Source of the DNA: Clostridia bacterium
GTDB lineage: Bacteria > Bacillota > Clostridia > UMGS1883 > UMGS1540
Assembly (NCBI GenBank): GCA_045533905.1
Contig: JAZSIR010000022.1
Span: 36,498 to 100,497 of the forward strand
Direction: 5' to 3'
Length of the DNA stretch: 64,000 nt
In this document: piece after piece, positions 39,261 through 50,160 of the stretch
Layout of the letters: every line of letters starts with the position of its first letter
Position numbering within the stretch: the first letter of the stretch is position 1
Notes under the pieces: generated by a model
What the model saw: the letters and a program-made list of their open reading frames with translations, nothing else
What the model was told of the DNA's origin: nothing
The model's database searches: none
Made by a program: the position numbers and the translations under genes

Positions 39261-39995
39261 ATGTTCTGTGCAGAGAAAATAAAAAACGACTGCGTTTTAT
39301 GGATTCGCGATTTCTTTGAAAAAAACGGGCCCACCTCGCCTGCCGTTATCGGTATTTCCGGCGGGAAGGACAGCTCTGTGGTGGCGGCGCTTTGCGTGGA
39401 AGCCTTGGGCGCCGAACGCGTTGTGGGCGTTTTAATGCCGTGCGGCGTGCAGGCCGATATTGATGCGGCGCGCCTTCTTGTAAACCACCTTGGCATCAAA
39501 AGCTATGAAATCAACATAAAAGATGCGGTGGAGGGGGTTCTTTCGAGTATGCCGGAAGATCTGCCCATCTCGGTGCAGGCGAGGACGAATTTGCCGCCGC
39601 GCATTCGAATGTCCACGCTCTATGCCGTTTCGCAAAGCCTTGACGGCCGCGTGGCAAATACGTGTAACCTTTCTGAAGACTATGTTGGGTATTCGACCCG
39701 CTACGGCGATATGGCAGGCGATTTTTCGCCGCTTTCGCACCTGACTGTGACGGAAATTCTTGAAATCGGCGCGTGTCTCGGTCTTCCCAAAGAACTCATT
39801 TACAAAACGCCGATTGATGGGCTTTCCGGCAAAACGGACGAGGAAAATCTCGGCTTTTTGTACCGCGATCTGGACCGCTACATCCGCGAAGGCAAGCTGG
39901 AGGATGAAAAGACGCGCGAGAAGATTGACAGAAGGCATCGCGCAAATCTTTTCAAGCTCGAACCGATGCCCGCATTTATCCCCGAAAATCTGTAA
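39261..39995 (+). CDS. nadE: NH3-dependent NAD+ synthetase
   Basis: GISGGKDS, R.RM..LY, GY.T.YGD, TDEE.LG. Confidence 0.92.
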   Translation: MFCAEKIKNDCVLWIRDFFEKNGPTSPAVIGISGGKDSSVVAALCVEALGAERVVGVLMPCGVQADIDAARLLVNHLGIKSYEINIKDAVEGVLSSMPEDLPISVQARTNLPPRIRMSTLYAVSQSLDGRVANTCNLSEDYVGYSTRYGDMAGDFSPLSHLTVTEILEIGACLGLPKELIYKTPIDGLSGKTDEENLGFLYRDLDRYIREGKLEDEKTREKIDRRHRANLFKLEPMPAFIPENL

Positions 39996-40002
39996 GTTTT
40001 TG

Positions 40003-40029
40003 AAAAAGTCGCCCCCGGCGACTTTTTTT
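40003..40029 (+). terminator. Intrinsic terminator after nadE
   Basis: AAAAAGTCGCC-CCC-GGCGACTTTTTTT. Confidence 0.75.
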
Positions 40030-40142
40030 ATTTGTTTTAGAAAAAAATGTGTGCATTTTCTCGGTTTCTATGTTATAATAAAGTAGATATATTGGGAAAA
40101 AATTTTGCATTTTGCAAAAAGATACAAAGGGAGGATTTTAAT

Positions 40143-41771
40143 ATGCTTTCGGACATTGAAATCGCATTGGCTGCAAAAATGGAGCCTATCACAAAAATTG
40201 CCGCAAAAATCGGTATCTCTGAAGAGGAAATTGAGCCGTACGGTCACTATAAGGCTAAGCTCTCGTCCTCTCTTTGGCAAAGAATTAAAGATAAAAAGGA
40301 CGGCAAGCTCGTTTTGGTAACGGCTATAAACCCGACGCCTGCGGGCGAAGGGAAAACGACGGTTTCCGTAGGTCTTGCCGAGGCGCTTTGCAAAAAGGGA
40401 AAAAACGCCATTGCGGCCCTTCGCGAGCCCTCGCTCGGTCCTGTTATGGGCATTAAAGGCGGCGCCGCGGGCGGCGGCTATGCACAGGTTGTGCCGATGG
40501 AGGATATTAACCTTCACTTCACGGGCGACATGCACGCCATCACCGCCGCAAATAACCTTCTTTCCGCTATGCTCGACAATCACCTCCAGCAGGGCAACGC
40601 TCTTGGGATTGACCCGCGCCGCATTGCATTTCGCCGCGTTCTCGATATGAACGACCGCGCGCTTCGAAATGTAACCGTCGGCCTCGGTGGCCCCTTAAAC
40701 GGCGTGCCGCGTGAGGACGGGTTTATGATTACGGTTGCCAGCGAAGTTATGGCCATTTTGTGCCTTTCGGAAAACCCTGCCGATATGAAAAAGCGCCTCG
40801 GGCGCATCATTGTGGCGTATACATACGATAAAAAACCCGTAACGGCCGATGACCTTGGTGCGGCAGGCGCCATGGCAGTTCTTCTTAAAGATGCCATAAA
40901 GCCAAACCTTGTGCAGACGCTTGAAAACACCCCTTGTATTTTACACGGCGGCCCGTTTGCCAATATCGCACACGGCTGTAACAGCCTTATTGCAACGCGC
41001 CACGCCCTAAAGCTTGGCGACATTTGCGTAACCGAAGCCGGCTTTGGTGCTGACCTGGGTGCTGAAAAATTCCTCGATATTAAGTGCCGCATGGGCGGGC
41101 TTTCGCCCGACGCGGTTGTGCTTGTGGCAACGCTTCGCGCACTTGCCTATCATAATAGCGCCGATAAATTTGAAAACCTCGGCAAGCACATTGAAAACTT
41201 ACGCGCGTTCGGGCTTCCCGTGCTCGTGGCGATTAACCGCTTCTCTGGCGATACGGACGAAGAAATCGCCGAGCTTCGCGCCTACTGCGAAGCGATGGGT
41301 GCCAAATGCACGCCTTGCGAAGTGTTTGCGCGCGGCGGCGAAGGCGGCGCGGAAATGGCAGATGCGCTTCTTTCCATCCTCGAAACGGAAAAGGCAAACT
41401 TTGCCCCCATTTATCCCGACAATATGCCCCTTACCGAAAAAATCGAAACGGTGGCACGCGTTATTTACGGGGCAGACGGCGTAGACTTTGCGCCCTCGGC
41501 TGCGAAAAAACTTGCCGACTTTGAAGCGGCCGGCTTTGGCAATTTCCCCGTTTGTATGGCGAAAACGCAGTACTCCCTCTCGGATGACCCGAAAAAGCTC
41601 GGCAGACCGCGCGGATTCCGCATTACGGTGCGCGATGCACGCGTTTCGGCAGGTGCCGGCTTTGTGGTGGCGCTGACGGGCGAGATTATGACGATGCCGG
41701 GTCTTCCCAAAGTGCCGGCCGCCGAGCGCATTGATATTGATGAAAACGGCGTAATCACAGGTCTTTTTTAG
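40143..41771 (+). CDS. fhs: Formate--tetrahydrofolate ligase
   Basis: [49 protein letters not shown]. Confidence 0.96.
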   Translation: MLSDIEIALAAKMEPITKIAAKIGISEEEIEPYGHYKAKLSSSLWQRIKDKKDGKLVLVTAINPTPAGEGKTTVSVGLAEALCKKGKNAIAALREPSLGPVMGIKGGAAGGGYAQVVPMEDINLHFTGDMHAITAANNLLSAMLDNHLQQGNALGIDPRRIAFRRVLDMNDRALRNVTVGLGGPLNGVPREDGFMITVASEVMAILCLSENPADMKKRLGRIIVAYTYDKKPVTADDLGAAGAMAVLLKDAIKPNLVQTLENTPCILHGGPFANIAHGCNSLIATRHALKLGDICVTEAGFGADLGAEKFLDIKCRMGGLSPDAVVLVATLRALAYHNSADKFENLGKHIENLRAFGLPVLVAINRFSGDTDEEIAELRAYCEAMGAKCTPCEVFARGGEGGAEMADALLSILETEKANFAPIYPDNMPLTEKIETVARVIYGADGVDFAPSAAKKLADFEAAGFGNFPVCMAKTQYSLSDDPKKLGRPRGFRITVRDARVSAGAGFVVALTGEIMTMPGLPKVPAAERIDIDENGVITGLF

Positions 41772-41780
41772 GAGAAAACT

Positions 41781-42191
41781 ATGAAATTCATTTCAAATTC
41801 TGTACTCGAAACCGAAGACTTCGGCGCTTCCCTTGCCGAAAAATACCCTGCGCCGCACGTGTTTTGCCTCACGGGCGACCTTGGCGCGGGCAAAACGGCT
41901 ATGACGCGCGGCATCGCGCGCGGGTACGGTTTTTCGGGCAGAGTGTCAAGCCCCACGTTTACGATTATGCACGTATATGAAGGTGAGGGGGCGACGGTGC
42001 ACCACTTTGACCTGTACCGCATTGAGGAAGAGGACGAACTCGATGCCATCGGGTTTGACAGCTTCCTCAGAGAGGGCATTTCGGTCATTGAATGGCCCGA
42101 CAGCTATTGGGACCGCATTGGGGCGGCAACGCGCATCACGATTACGCGCATCGGGGACGATGTGCGAAAAATCGTGTTGGAAGAAATATAA
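41781..42191 (+). CDS. tsaE: tRNA t6A ATPase TsaE
   Basis: GDLGAGKT, SPTF, HFDLYR, IEW. Confidence 0.93.
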   Translation: MKFISNSVLETEDFGASLAEKYPAPHVFCLTGDLGAGKTAMTRGIARGYGFSGRVSSPTFTIMHVYEGEGATVHHFDLYRIEEEDELDAIGFDSFLREGISVIEWPDSYWDRIGAATRITITRIGDDVRKIVLEEI

Positions 42192-42209
42192 ATCGGAGAG
42201 TGAAAAACT

Positions 42210-43004
42210 TTGGATATTCGGAATGCGAAAAGAATCGTCGTAAAAGTGGGAACCTCTACGCTTACGCACGAGACGGGGCGGCTAAACCTTCGCCGCATCG
42301 AGCACCTGACCCGCGTTTTAAGCGGCCTTAAAAATATGGACAAAGAGGTCATCCTTGTATCGAGCGGTGCTGTGGGCGTAGGTATGGCAAAGCTTGACAT
42401 GGAAAAGCGCCCTACGAAAACGCGAGAAAAGCAGGCGGCCGCGGCCGTTGGCCAGTGCGAGCTTATGGGTATTTACGGGCGGCTTTTCGCCGAGTACGGC
42501 TACAAGGTGGCGCAGATTCTGATGACGAAGGACGTTGTGGACCACGCCGAGCGTGAGGAAAACGTTTCCGGCACGATTGACACGCTCCTTTCCTACGGCG
42601 CCATCCCGATTTTTAACGAAAACGACCCCGTTTCGACATACGAGCTGGAGTTCGGGGACAATGATACTTTAAGCGCCAATGTGGCGGTTGTATCCCGCGC
42701 GGACCTTCTCATTATCCTTTCGGATATTGATGGGCTTTATGATACCGACCCCAGAGAGAATGACGAGGCGCGCCTTATCCGCACGGTGCGCGAGATTACG
42801 CCTGAAATTGAAGAGATGGCAGGCGGCGCGGGCACAACGCGCGGCACGGGCGGTATGGCCACGAAAATCAGCGCGGCTTCTGTTGCGACGGCGCGCGGCA
42901 TTGACGTAATTATCACAAACGGGGACCGCCCCGAGGTTTTATATGATATTTTAGAGGGAAAGCCGGAAGGCACGCGCTTTCTCGGGAAGGAAGAGGCAAG
43001 ATGA
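42210..43004 (+). CDS. proB: Glutamate 5-kinase (no PUA domain)
   Basis: VVKVGTS, VSSGAV, NEND, GDND.L, GTGGM.TK. Confidence 0.94.
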   Translation: MDIRNAKRIVVKVGTSTLTHETGRLNLRRIEHLTRVLSGLKNMDKEVILVSSGAVGVGMAKLDMEKRPTKTREKQAAAAVGQCELMGIYGRLFAEYGYKVAQILMTKDVVDHAEREENVSGTIDTLLSYGAIPIFNENDPVSTYELEFGDNDTLSANVAVVSRADLLIILSDIDGLYDTDPRENDEARLIRTVREITPEIEEMAGGAGTTRGTGGMATKISAASVATARGIDVIITNGDRPEVLYDILEGKPEGTRFLGKEEAR

Positions 43005-44242
43005 CAGACCTTTTAGCGCTCGGCGCACGCGCAAAAGATGCCTCCCGCGTCCTTTCCACCACAGATACCGAGGCGAGAAACCACGCGCTCTTTTCTATGG
43101 CGGCGGCCCTTTTAGAGGATGCTCCCTCCATACTCGCGGCAAATGAAAAAGACGTTCAAGCCGCCCGCGAGAAGGGCACAAGCGAAGCGATGATTGACCG
43201 CTTATCCCTATCAAAAGAACGTATCGCTTCTATTGCCGCGGATATGGAGCGCGTAGCGGCGCTTTCTGACCCTTTGGGCGAAATCCTTGAAGAAATCGAA
43301 AGACCGAACGGCATTCTAATTCAGAAGGTGCGCGTAGCTATGGGCGTTATTGCCGTTATCTACGAATCGCGCCCGAATGTAACGGCGGATGCGGCGGCAC
43401 TTTGTATAAAGACAGGCAACGCCGTAATTTTAAAAGGCGGCAGTGACGCGATTTTCTCAAATACGGCTATCGAAGCGGCGCTTCGTAAAGGACTGCTCGC
43501 GGCAGGGCTTCCTATGGACGCGGTACAGCTTCTCTCGGACACCGACCGCGCGGCGGCGCTTTCTCTTATGCGCCTTCGCGAGTATGTGGACCTTCTGATC
43601 CCGCGCGGCGGCGCAGGTCTTATTCGAAATGCGGTGGAAAATGCCACCGTACCCGTGATTGAAACGGGCACGGGCAACTGCCATGTGTATGTGGATAAAG
43701 CCGCAGACCTTTCTATGGCGCTTTCTATTCTCATAAATGCAAAAACAAGCCGCCCCGGCGTTTGCAACGCCGCGGAAACGCTTCTCGTTCACGAGGCGGT
43801 GGCGAAGGAATTTCTCCCGATGGCGGCACGCAAGCTCGCGGCGCGCGGCGTAGAAATCCGCGGCTGCGAAAAAACAAGAGCGATTATCGACTGCACGGCG
43901 GCCACAGAAGAGGATTTTGCGACCGAATTTTTAGATTTGATTCTTTCGGTGCGCGTAGTTTCCTCCCTCTCTGAAGCTATAACACACATTTCAAAATATT
44001 CCACGCGCCACTCCGAGGCCATTATTACGGAGGATGACGCGGCGGCGGAAATATTTTTAAACTGCATAGATGCGGCGGCGGTGTATGTAAACGCCTCCAC
44101 CCGATTTACCGACGGCGGCGAGTTCGGCTTTGGCGCGGAAATCGGCATCAGCACACAAAAACTGCACGCGCGCGGGCCTATGGGGCTTCGCGAGCTCTGC
44201 ACATATAAGTACCGCATCCGCGGCACAGGCCAGATACGCTAA
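43001..44242 (+). CDS. proA: Gamma-glutamyl phosphate reductase
   Basis: YESRPNVT, IPRGG, CNA.ET, NASTRFTDG, STQKLHARGP.GL. Confidence 0.95.
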   Translation: MTDLLALGARAKDASRVLSTTDTEARNHALFSMAAALLEDAPSILAANEKDVQAAREKGTSEAMIDRLSLSKERIASIAADMERVAALSDPLGEILEEIERPNGILIQKVRVAMGVIAVIYESRPNVTADAAALCIKTGNAVILKGGSDAIFSNTAIEAALRKGLLAAGLPMDAVQLLSDTDRAAALSLMRLREYVDLLIPRGGAGLIRNAVENATVPVIETGTGNCHVYVDKAADLSMALSILINAKTSRPGVCNAAETLLVHEAVAKEFLPMAARKLAARGVEIRGCEKTRAIIDCTAATEEDFATEFLDLILSVRVVSSLSEAITHISKYSTRHSEAIITEDDAAAEIFLNCIDAAAVYVNASTRFTDGGEFGFGAEIGISTQKLHARGPMGLRELCTYKYRIRGTGQIR

Positions 44243-44257
44243 AAGGAGGTTTTTTCT

Positions 44258-45187
44258 ATGGAAATCTTATCGGTAAAGCTTTCGAAATTAATTAAAGAAT
44301 TTTCCCTTTCTGTTTTGTATGCGCCCGAAAATCTCGACGCGCGCGAAATCACATCGCGCGACGTTCTCCGTCCCGGTATGCAGCTTGCCACGGGGTTTTT
44401 CAGCGATTTTGATAATGAGCGCATCTCCATTTTAGGCAAAATGGAGCACGCCTATCTCGAAAAGCAGGAACCGGAAAAGCGGCTTCTTCTTTTAGACCGC
44501 CTTTTCGCGGCAGACATTCCGTGCCTTCTTATCACAAGAAATCTTGAAGTGTTCCCCGAAATTCTCACCGTGGCGGAAAAATATCAGGTTCCGGTGCTTC
44601 GTACGGAGCACGAAACCTCTTCCTTTATCGCGGCGCTCATTGCCGCACTCAATTTGCACCTTGCGCCGCGCATTACGCGCCACGGCGTTTTGGTGGAGGT
44701 GTACGGCGAGGGCATCCTTCTCCTTGGGGAAAGCGGCGTAGGTAAGAGCGAAACCGCCATTGAGCTTGTAAAACGCGGCCACCGCCTTGTGGCGGACGAT
44801 GCCGTGGAAATTAAGCGCGTTTCCTCGAAAACTTTGGTAGGCTCTGCGCCCGAGATGATTCGCCACTTTATTGAGCTGCGCGGCATCGGCATTGTGGATG
44901 TGCAACGCATTTTCGGTACAAGTGCCGTTAAGGAAACGGAGCGTATCGACTTTATTTTAAACTTTGAGCCGTGGCAGACGGGCAAAACGTATGACCGCCT
45001 CGGTCTTGAAAGCGAATACACCACGCTACTCGATGTAGAGATTCCGTCGCTTACCGTCCCTGTAAAGCCGGGACGAAACCTTGCCGTTATCGTAGAGGTT
45101 GCGGCGATGAACAATAAGCAGAAAAAACTCGGCTACAACGCCGCCGCGGTTCTCAACGACCGATGGATGAACCAGAAAACGGAATAG
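44258..45187 (+). CDS. hprK: HPr kinase/phosphorylase
   Basis: GESGVGKSE, RGHRLVADD, ELRGIGI, PGRN. Confidence 0.95.
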   Translation: MEILSVKLSKLIKEFSLSVLYAPENLDAREITSRDVLRPGMQLATGFFSDFDNERISILGKMEHAYLEKQEPEKRLLLLDRLFAADIPCLLITRNLEVFPEILTVAEKYQVPVLRTEHETSSFIAALIAALNLHLAPRITRHGVLVEVYGEGILLLGESGVGKSETAIELVKRGHRLVADDAVEIKRVSSKTLVGSAPEMIRHFIELRGIGIVDVQRIFGTSAVKETERIDFILNFEPWQTGKTYDRLGLESEYTTLLDVEIPSLTVPVKPGRNLAVIVEVAAMNNKQKKLGYNAAAVLNDRWMNQKTE

Positions 45188-45205
45188 GGAAAGAAGGTTT
45201 TCCAT

Positions 45206-46150
45206 ATGTATTATATCGGTATTGATGTGGGCGGTACAAATATAAAGGCCGGCCTTATAAAAGATAACGGCGAAATCGTTTTTCGCCGTACGGTGCCGAC
45301 GGGCGCCGCGCGGGAAGGGGCGGCCGTGGCTGAGGAAATCGGTAAAATCGCCGCCGCGGTAGCCGTTGAGAGCGGCGTGCCGCTTTCGGAAATCGACAGC
45401 ATCGGCATCGGGATTCCCGGCGCGTGCGATGAGAAAAACGGCACCGTTTTATACACGGCCAATATTGATTTTATGAAATTCCCGCTTCGGGAGGCTGTGC
45501 AAAAACACATCCCGCTTCCCGTCCATCTTGCAAATGACGCGAACTGCGCCGCACTCGGCGAGTATGTTGCCCTGCCGGATCCCCCTTCGGATATGCTTTT
45601 CGTAACGCTCGGCACGGGGATTGGCGGCGGCATCATTATAGGCGGCAAAATTTATGAGGGCGCCTATGGCATTGCCGGTGAGGTCGGCCATATCCGCCTT
45701 TGTCCCGAAGGCCGGCTCTGCGGCTGCGGCCGGCACGGCTGCTGGGAAATGTATGCTTCGGTCACGGCGCTCGTCCGCGATACGCGCGAATTTATCGAAA
45801 AAAATCCCGCATCGGCTCTGGCGGCCTCTGTGGAGGGCGACCTCTCGCGCGCCAGCGGCAAAACCTCGTTCGTCCTCGCCAAAGAAGGCGACGCAGATGC
45901 CAAAAAAATAGTAGATACCTGGATTTCGTATGTGGCAGAAGGGATAACCGACCTTGTCAATACGTTTAATCCTTCGCTTGTTCTTATCGGCGGCGCGATA
46001 AGCCGCGAGGGCGAAACGATTCTCTCGCCCGTACGAGATAAGGTGTATCGCGATATGTATAAAAGCTATGTGCCCTTCCCCGAAATCCGGGCGGCAAAAC
46101 TGGGCAATGACGCCGGCCTTATCGGCGCGGCATTTTTAGGAAAAAAGTAA
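45206..46150 (+). CDS. ROK-family sugar kinase (glucokinase-like)
   Basis: GIDVGGT, NDAN.AALGE, GTGIGGG, GE.GH, CGCG..GC.E. Confidence 0.9.
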   Translation: MYYIGIDVGGTNIKAGLIKDNGEIVFRRTVPTGAAREGAAVAEEIGKIAAAVAVESGVPLSEIDSIGIGIPGACDEKNGTVLYTANIDFMKFPLREAVQKHIPLPVHLANDANCAALGEYVALPDPPSDMLFVTLGTGIGGGIIIGGKIYEGAYGIAGEVGHIRLCPEGRLCGCGRHGCWEMYASVTALVRDTREFIEKNPASALAASVEGDLSRASGKTSFVLAKEGDADAKKIVDTWISYVAEGITDLVNTFNPSLVLIGGAISREGETILSPVRDKVYRDMYKSYVPFPEIRAAKLGNDAGLIGAAFLGKK

Positions 46151-46172
46151 TCCCTTTTTGAAAGGAGACCAT

Positions 46173-47063
46173 ATGCGAGAGCTGTTTTTGGAAATAGAGA
46201 GCATTTGCCCCGCCGTGCGCGATGCAGATATGCGGAAATATACGAGCTTTTCCATCGGCGGCCCTGCCGATATACTGGCCGAGCCCGAAAACGAGGAGCA
46301 GCTTGCCGCACTTTTGAAGCTTCTTCAAAACGCGCCGCACGCCGTTATCGGCAACGGCTCAAACCTTCTTGTAGGCGACGGCGGTTTTCGCGGCGTTTTG
46401 GTGCGGCTATCGAGCGGTTTTTCGAGCGTTCGCGTCGAAGGCAACCGCATCATAGCTTCTGCCGGTGCCACGCTTTCGCACGTGGCGAAGGTGGCGATGG
46501 AGATAGGGCTTTCCGGTATGGCGCCGCTTGCAGGGATTCCCGGCACCGTGGGCGGTGCAATGGTGATGAATGCAGGGGCGTACGGCGGCGAGATGGCGGA
46601 CGTTATAGAAAGCTCTTCCTGCATCACGAAAGAAGGCAGGCGCGAGGTGCTTTCTGACCACGATTTTTCCTACCGCCACAGCATCTATGCCGAAAACGGC
46701 GCGATTGTAACCGGCGCGGTATTCGCGCTCCGAGAAGGCAATAAAGAAGAAATCCGCGAAGAAATGCGCGCGCTTTCTATAAAGCGGCGCGAAAAACAGC
46801 CGCTGACTCTTCCGAGCGCAGGGAGTGCCTTTAAGCGCCCCTCTGGCGGCTTTGCGGCACAGATGATTGACGAAGCAGGCCTTCGCGGCTTTTCGGTGGG
46901 CGGCGCGGCCGTATCCGAAAAGCATGCGGGCTTTGTCGTAAACCTCGGCGGCGCCACGGCGCGCGATGTGCGCACCCTTCTCTCGCTCGTGCAGGAGAAG
47001 GTGCAGAAAACACACGGCGTTCTTCTCGAGCCGGAAATCCGTTTTTTAGGCGAATTTATATAA
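46173..47063 (+). CDS. murB: UDP-N-acetylenolpyruvoylglucosamine reductase
   Basis: GNGSNLL, GIPGTVGGA..MNAGAYG, PSAGSAFK, SEKHA. Confidence 0.95.
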   Translation: MRELFLEIESICPAVRDADMRKYTSFSIGGPADILAEPENEEQLAALLKLLQNAPHAVIGNGSNLLVGDGGFRGVLVRLSSGFSSVRVEGNRIIASAGATLSHVAKVAMEIGLSGMAPLAGIPGTVGGAMVMNAGAYGGEMADVIESSSCITKEGRREVLSDHDFSYRHSIYAENGAIVTGAVFALREGNKEEIREEMRALSIKRREKQPLTLPSAGSAFKRPSGGFAAQMIDEAGLRGFSVGGAAVSEKHAGFVVNLGGATARDVRTLLSLVQEKVQKTHGVLLEPEIRFLGEFI

Positions 47064-47088
47064 AGCCCGATAAAAAGGAGGCTTTCCT

Positions 47089-48609
47089 ATGTTTACAAAA
47101 GTGAATACTGCCTGCATACAGGGCCTTTTGGGCCACGCCGCCACGGCGGAGGCCGATGTTTCCCAGGGGCTTCCCGGCTTTGAGATTGTGGGCCTTCCGG
47201 ATGCCGCTGTCAAGGAGGCACGCGAGCGTGTGCGCGCCGCCATCAAAAACTGCGGTTTTTCTTTTCCCCAAAAGCGCGTGACCGTGAACCTCGCCCCTGC
47301 CGATATCAAAAAAACGGGAAGTATGTTTGACCTTCCCATCGCCGCCGCCATCCTTCTCGCCACAGAGGAGGTAAAGGCGGATGCGGATGAATATGTTCTT
47401 TTGGGCGAGCTTTCCCTTGCCGGTGCGCTCCGCCCTGTTCCCGGCGTTTTGCCGCTTGTGATGGGTGCCTGCCGGCAGGGGGCCAAAAAAGTAATTGTGC
47501 CTTCCGAAAATGCAAAAGAAGCCGCCCTTTGCGAAGATGCAGAGGTGTATGGCGCCGCATCTCTCGCTGATGTGATGGCGCATCTTGCGGGGCAGAAAAC
47601 CCTTTCGCGGGTAACCGTTTCCATCGCGGAGCTTCTCGCGGAAGGCGCCACGCTTTCCGGCGATTTTGCCGATGTGAAAGGGCAGGAAAACGTAAAGCGT
47701 GCCCTTACCATTGCGGCCGCCGGCGGCCATAACATTTTAATTGTCGGCGCCCCGGGCTCGGGCAAAAGTATGCTCGCCCAGCGCCTTCCCTCTATTCTGC
47801 CGCCGCTTTCGGCTGCGGAGGCACTCGAGGCCACACAGATTCACTCGGTTGCCGGCACACTGCCGAAGGATAGGCCGCTTCTCTCCACACGTCCCTTCCG
47901 CGCACCGCACCACTCCGCCTCCACCGTGGGGCTTACGGGTGGCGGCCCCTCCGCGCGTCCGGGCGAAATTTCCCTTGCGCACCGCGGCGTTCTGTTCCTG
48001 GACGAGCTTCCCGAATTTCACCGCGATGCAATGGAAATATTGCGCCAACCGATGGAGGACGGCGTGGTCACAGTGACCCGTGCCGCCGCTTCCTATACGT
48101 ATCCGAGCGACTTTATGCTCGTGGCCGCGATGAATCCGTGCCGCTGCGGCTATTATGGCGACAAAACGCACCGTTGCCGCTGCACGGCCTCGTCCATTGC
48201 CCGCTACGTGGGCAAAATCAGCGGCCCGCTGCTTGACAGAATTGACCTCCGCGTCGAAGCGGAAACCGTTACGTATGACGACCTTTCCGCGCCGCGCGCC
48301 GAAGGGAGCGCCGAAATCCGCGCCCGTGTTGTTGCCGCGAGAGAGCGGCAGGCAAAGCGCCTTGCGCCTCTTGGCCTTTTCCAAAATTCCCAGCTGAAAA
48401 CGGATGTGGAGGCGCATTGCCTTCTCACGCCTGCGGCCGTGCAGATGGCAAAGGACGCCTTCTCCGCGATGCACCTTTCTGCCCGCGCCTACACGCGCAT
48501 TGTGAAGGTGGCGCGTACAATTGCTGACCTTGCCGGAAGCGAGTATGTTTCGGAGCTTCACATTGCCGAAGCCTTCCGGTATCATATGCCCGGAGACCTT
48601 CTCTCGTAG
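47089..48609 (+). CDS. comM: YifB/ComM Mg-chelatase-like AAA+ ATPase
   Basis: GLPD..VKE..ERV, NLAPAD..K, GAPGSGKS, RPFR.PHH, LFLDE, MNPC.CG, GPLLDRID. Confidence 0.85.
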   Translation: MFTKVNTACIQGLLGHAATAEADVSQGLPGFEIVGLPDAAVKEARERVRAAIKNCGFSFPQKRVTVNLAPADIKKTGSMFDLPIAAAILLATEEVKADADEYVLLGELSLAGALRPVPGVLPLVMGACRQGAKKVIVPSENAKEAALCEDAEVYGAASLADVMAHLAGQKTLSRVTVSIAELLAEGATLSGDFADVKGQENVKRALTIAAAGGHNILIVGAPGSGKSMLAQRLPSILPPLSAAEALEATQIHSVAGTLPKDRPLLSTRPFRAPHHSASTVGLTGGGPSARPGEISLAHRGVLFLDELPEFHRDAMEILRQPMEDGVVTVTRAAASYTYPSDFMLVAAMNPCRCGYYGDKTHRCRCTASSIARYVGKISGPLLDRIDLRVEAETVTYDDLSAPRAEGSAEIRARVVAARERQAKRLAPLGLFQNSQLKTDVEAHCLLTPAAVQMAKDAFSAMHLSARAYTRIVKVARTIADLAGSEYVSELHIAEAFRYHMPGDLLS

Positions 48610-48751
48610 GGCCGCCGAGCGTGTGCTGCATCCCTTTGGCAAAAACGGTTCTGCTTATATATTAACTCGTAGGGTTTTGCCATTGCCTATTCAAAGCAAA
48701 TGTGCTATCCTTATCATAGCGGTCTGCGCGGGTGCGCAGTAGCTTTTTATC

Positions 48752-50155
48752 TTGAAATTCTGTATAAAGAAAGAGTGTAATTTATTGGAAGTCTACTGTG
48801 GTCTTAAAAGCGGCGCCGTTTTGCAAAGAGATGGCGAAAATGTGTGCCAATGTTATTTCAGCGCACACGCGGAGGGAACGATTTCTTCTTCCCTCGGTCA
48901 TATTGAAAAATGCGGCGAAGATTCCTATGTTCTTTCCGGTATTCCCGTGGGCGGCCCTTATGAAATTAAAGTGTGGGATGACGCTTCGGCCTTGCTTCTT
49001 ACGGACATCTATGTTGGTGACCTGTGGCTTTTAGCCGGTCAGTCTAATATGGAGGGCTCCGGGAAATGGCGCGAAGCGATGCAGACGTATGATGCCTCGC
49101 CAAAAGAGACCGTGCGCGCCTACTATATGAATGAATCCTGGGGCGCGGCGAAAACGCAGCTGCACCAGCTTTGGGAATCTATATATCCTTTTATTCATGA
49201 GCCCTACCGCAAAACGCGGAAAGAATCTCCTTGGGGCGATGAATTCCCCGCGGTGCAAAATGACGGTGTTGGCCCCGGTCTTTTCTTCGCGCTGGAGATG
49301 GAACGCCTTTCCGGCGGTGTGCCGCAGGGCGTTATTCCCTGCGCCGTTGGCGGCTCCTCCCTTTCGGACTGGAACCCGGACAATGCAGATAACCTCTATA
49401 CGGCTGCCATTTGCCGTTTCCGTGCGTGCGGCGGACATATCCGCGGTATTTTCTGGCATCAGGGCGAATCACAGGCGCCTTTTGTAATTGCCGCCCACTA
49501 TGTCGACGATATGAAAAAGCTCGTGGCCTCGTTCAGAAAGGATTGCAAAAATCCCCGCCTTCCGTTTGTGCAGGTGCAGATTAATAAGTATGTTTCCCAA
49601 AATCCAGACCGTGAAATTGCCTGGACGTTTTTCCGCGAAAAGCAGCGAACACTCTCCTCGCATATCGAGAATCTTGCTACGGTGTGGTCGGTGGATGCAG
49701 AGCTTGACGATTCTCTTCATCTTGCAAGCGAATCACAGATAGAAATCGGCGGGCGTGCCGCCGAGGCAATGTCGCATCTTTTAGGTGGCGAAGGCTTCCC
49801 TTCTCCCGATTTTGACGGTTTTGAAATTATCCCCGATGATTTTGTTCCCCATGCTGTAAACATCCGCATCCACTTTAAAAATATAGTGGGCGGCCTTACG
49901 GCAAAGGGTGTTCCCTCCGGCCTTGCCGTTTTAGAAAAGGAAGACGGGTTTCCCGTGCCGTGCATCCAGAGAATTTGTCTCGAGGGCGATTCGATACGCC
50001 TTAAAATAAATTTCCCCGAGAAAAATTTTGAGGACCTTTATATCGCATATGCACACGGCAATTCTTTTTACTGCAACATTACGGACGGCCGTGGCCGAAG
50101 TATTCCCGGATTTGGGCCTCTGAAAGTTGCAGATTATTTGAAAAAAGGAGAATAA
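48752..50155 (+). CDS. Sialate O-acetylesterase (SASA)-type carbohydrate esterase; start uncertain (TTG 48752 or 48785)
   Basis: VGDLWLLAGQSNM, WHQGES, D.LH catalytic motifs. Confidence 0.82.
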   Translation: MKFCIKKECNLLEVYCGLKSGAVLQRDGENVCQCYFSAHAEGTISSSLGHIEKCGEDSYVLSGIPVGGPYEIKVWDDASALLLTDIYVGDLWLLAGQSNMEGSGKWREAMQTYDASPKETVRAYYMNESWGAAKTQLHQLWESIYPFIHEPYRKTRKESPWGDEFPAVQNDGVGPGLFFALEMERLSGGVPQGVIPCAVGGSSLSDWNPDNADNLYTAAICRFRACGGHIRGIFWHQGESQAPFVIAAHYVDDMKKLVASFRKDCKNPRLPFVQVQINKYVSQNPDREIAWTFFREKQRTLSSHIENLATVWSVDAELDDSLHLASESQIEIGGRAAEAMSHLLGGEGFPSPDFDGFEIIPDDFVPHAVNIRIHFKNIVGGLTAKGVPSGLAVLEKEDGFPVPCIQRICLEGDSIRLKINFPEKNFEDLYIAYAHGNSFYCNITDGRGRSIPGFGPLKVADYLKKGE

Positions 50156-50160
50156 TTTGC

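Noticed and set aside
39996-40142. ZTP or THF riboswitch upstream of fhs
   Set aside because: Only a terminator and an AT-rich promoter region are present, with no aptamer motifs.
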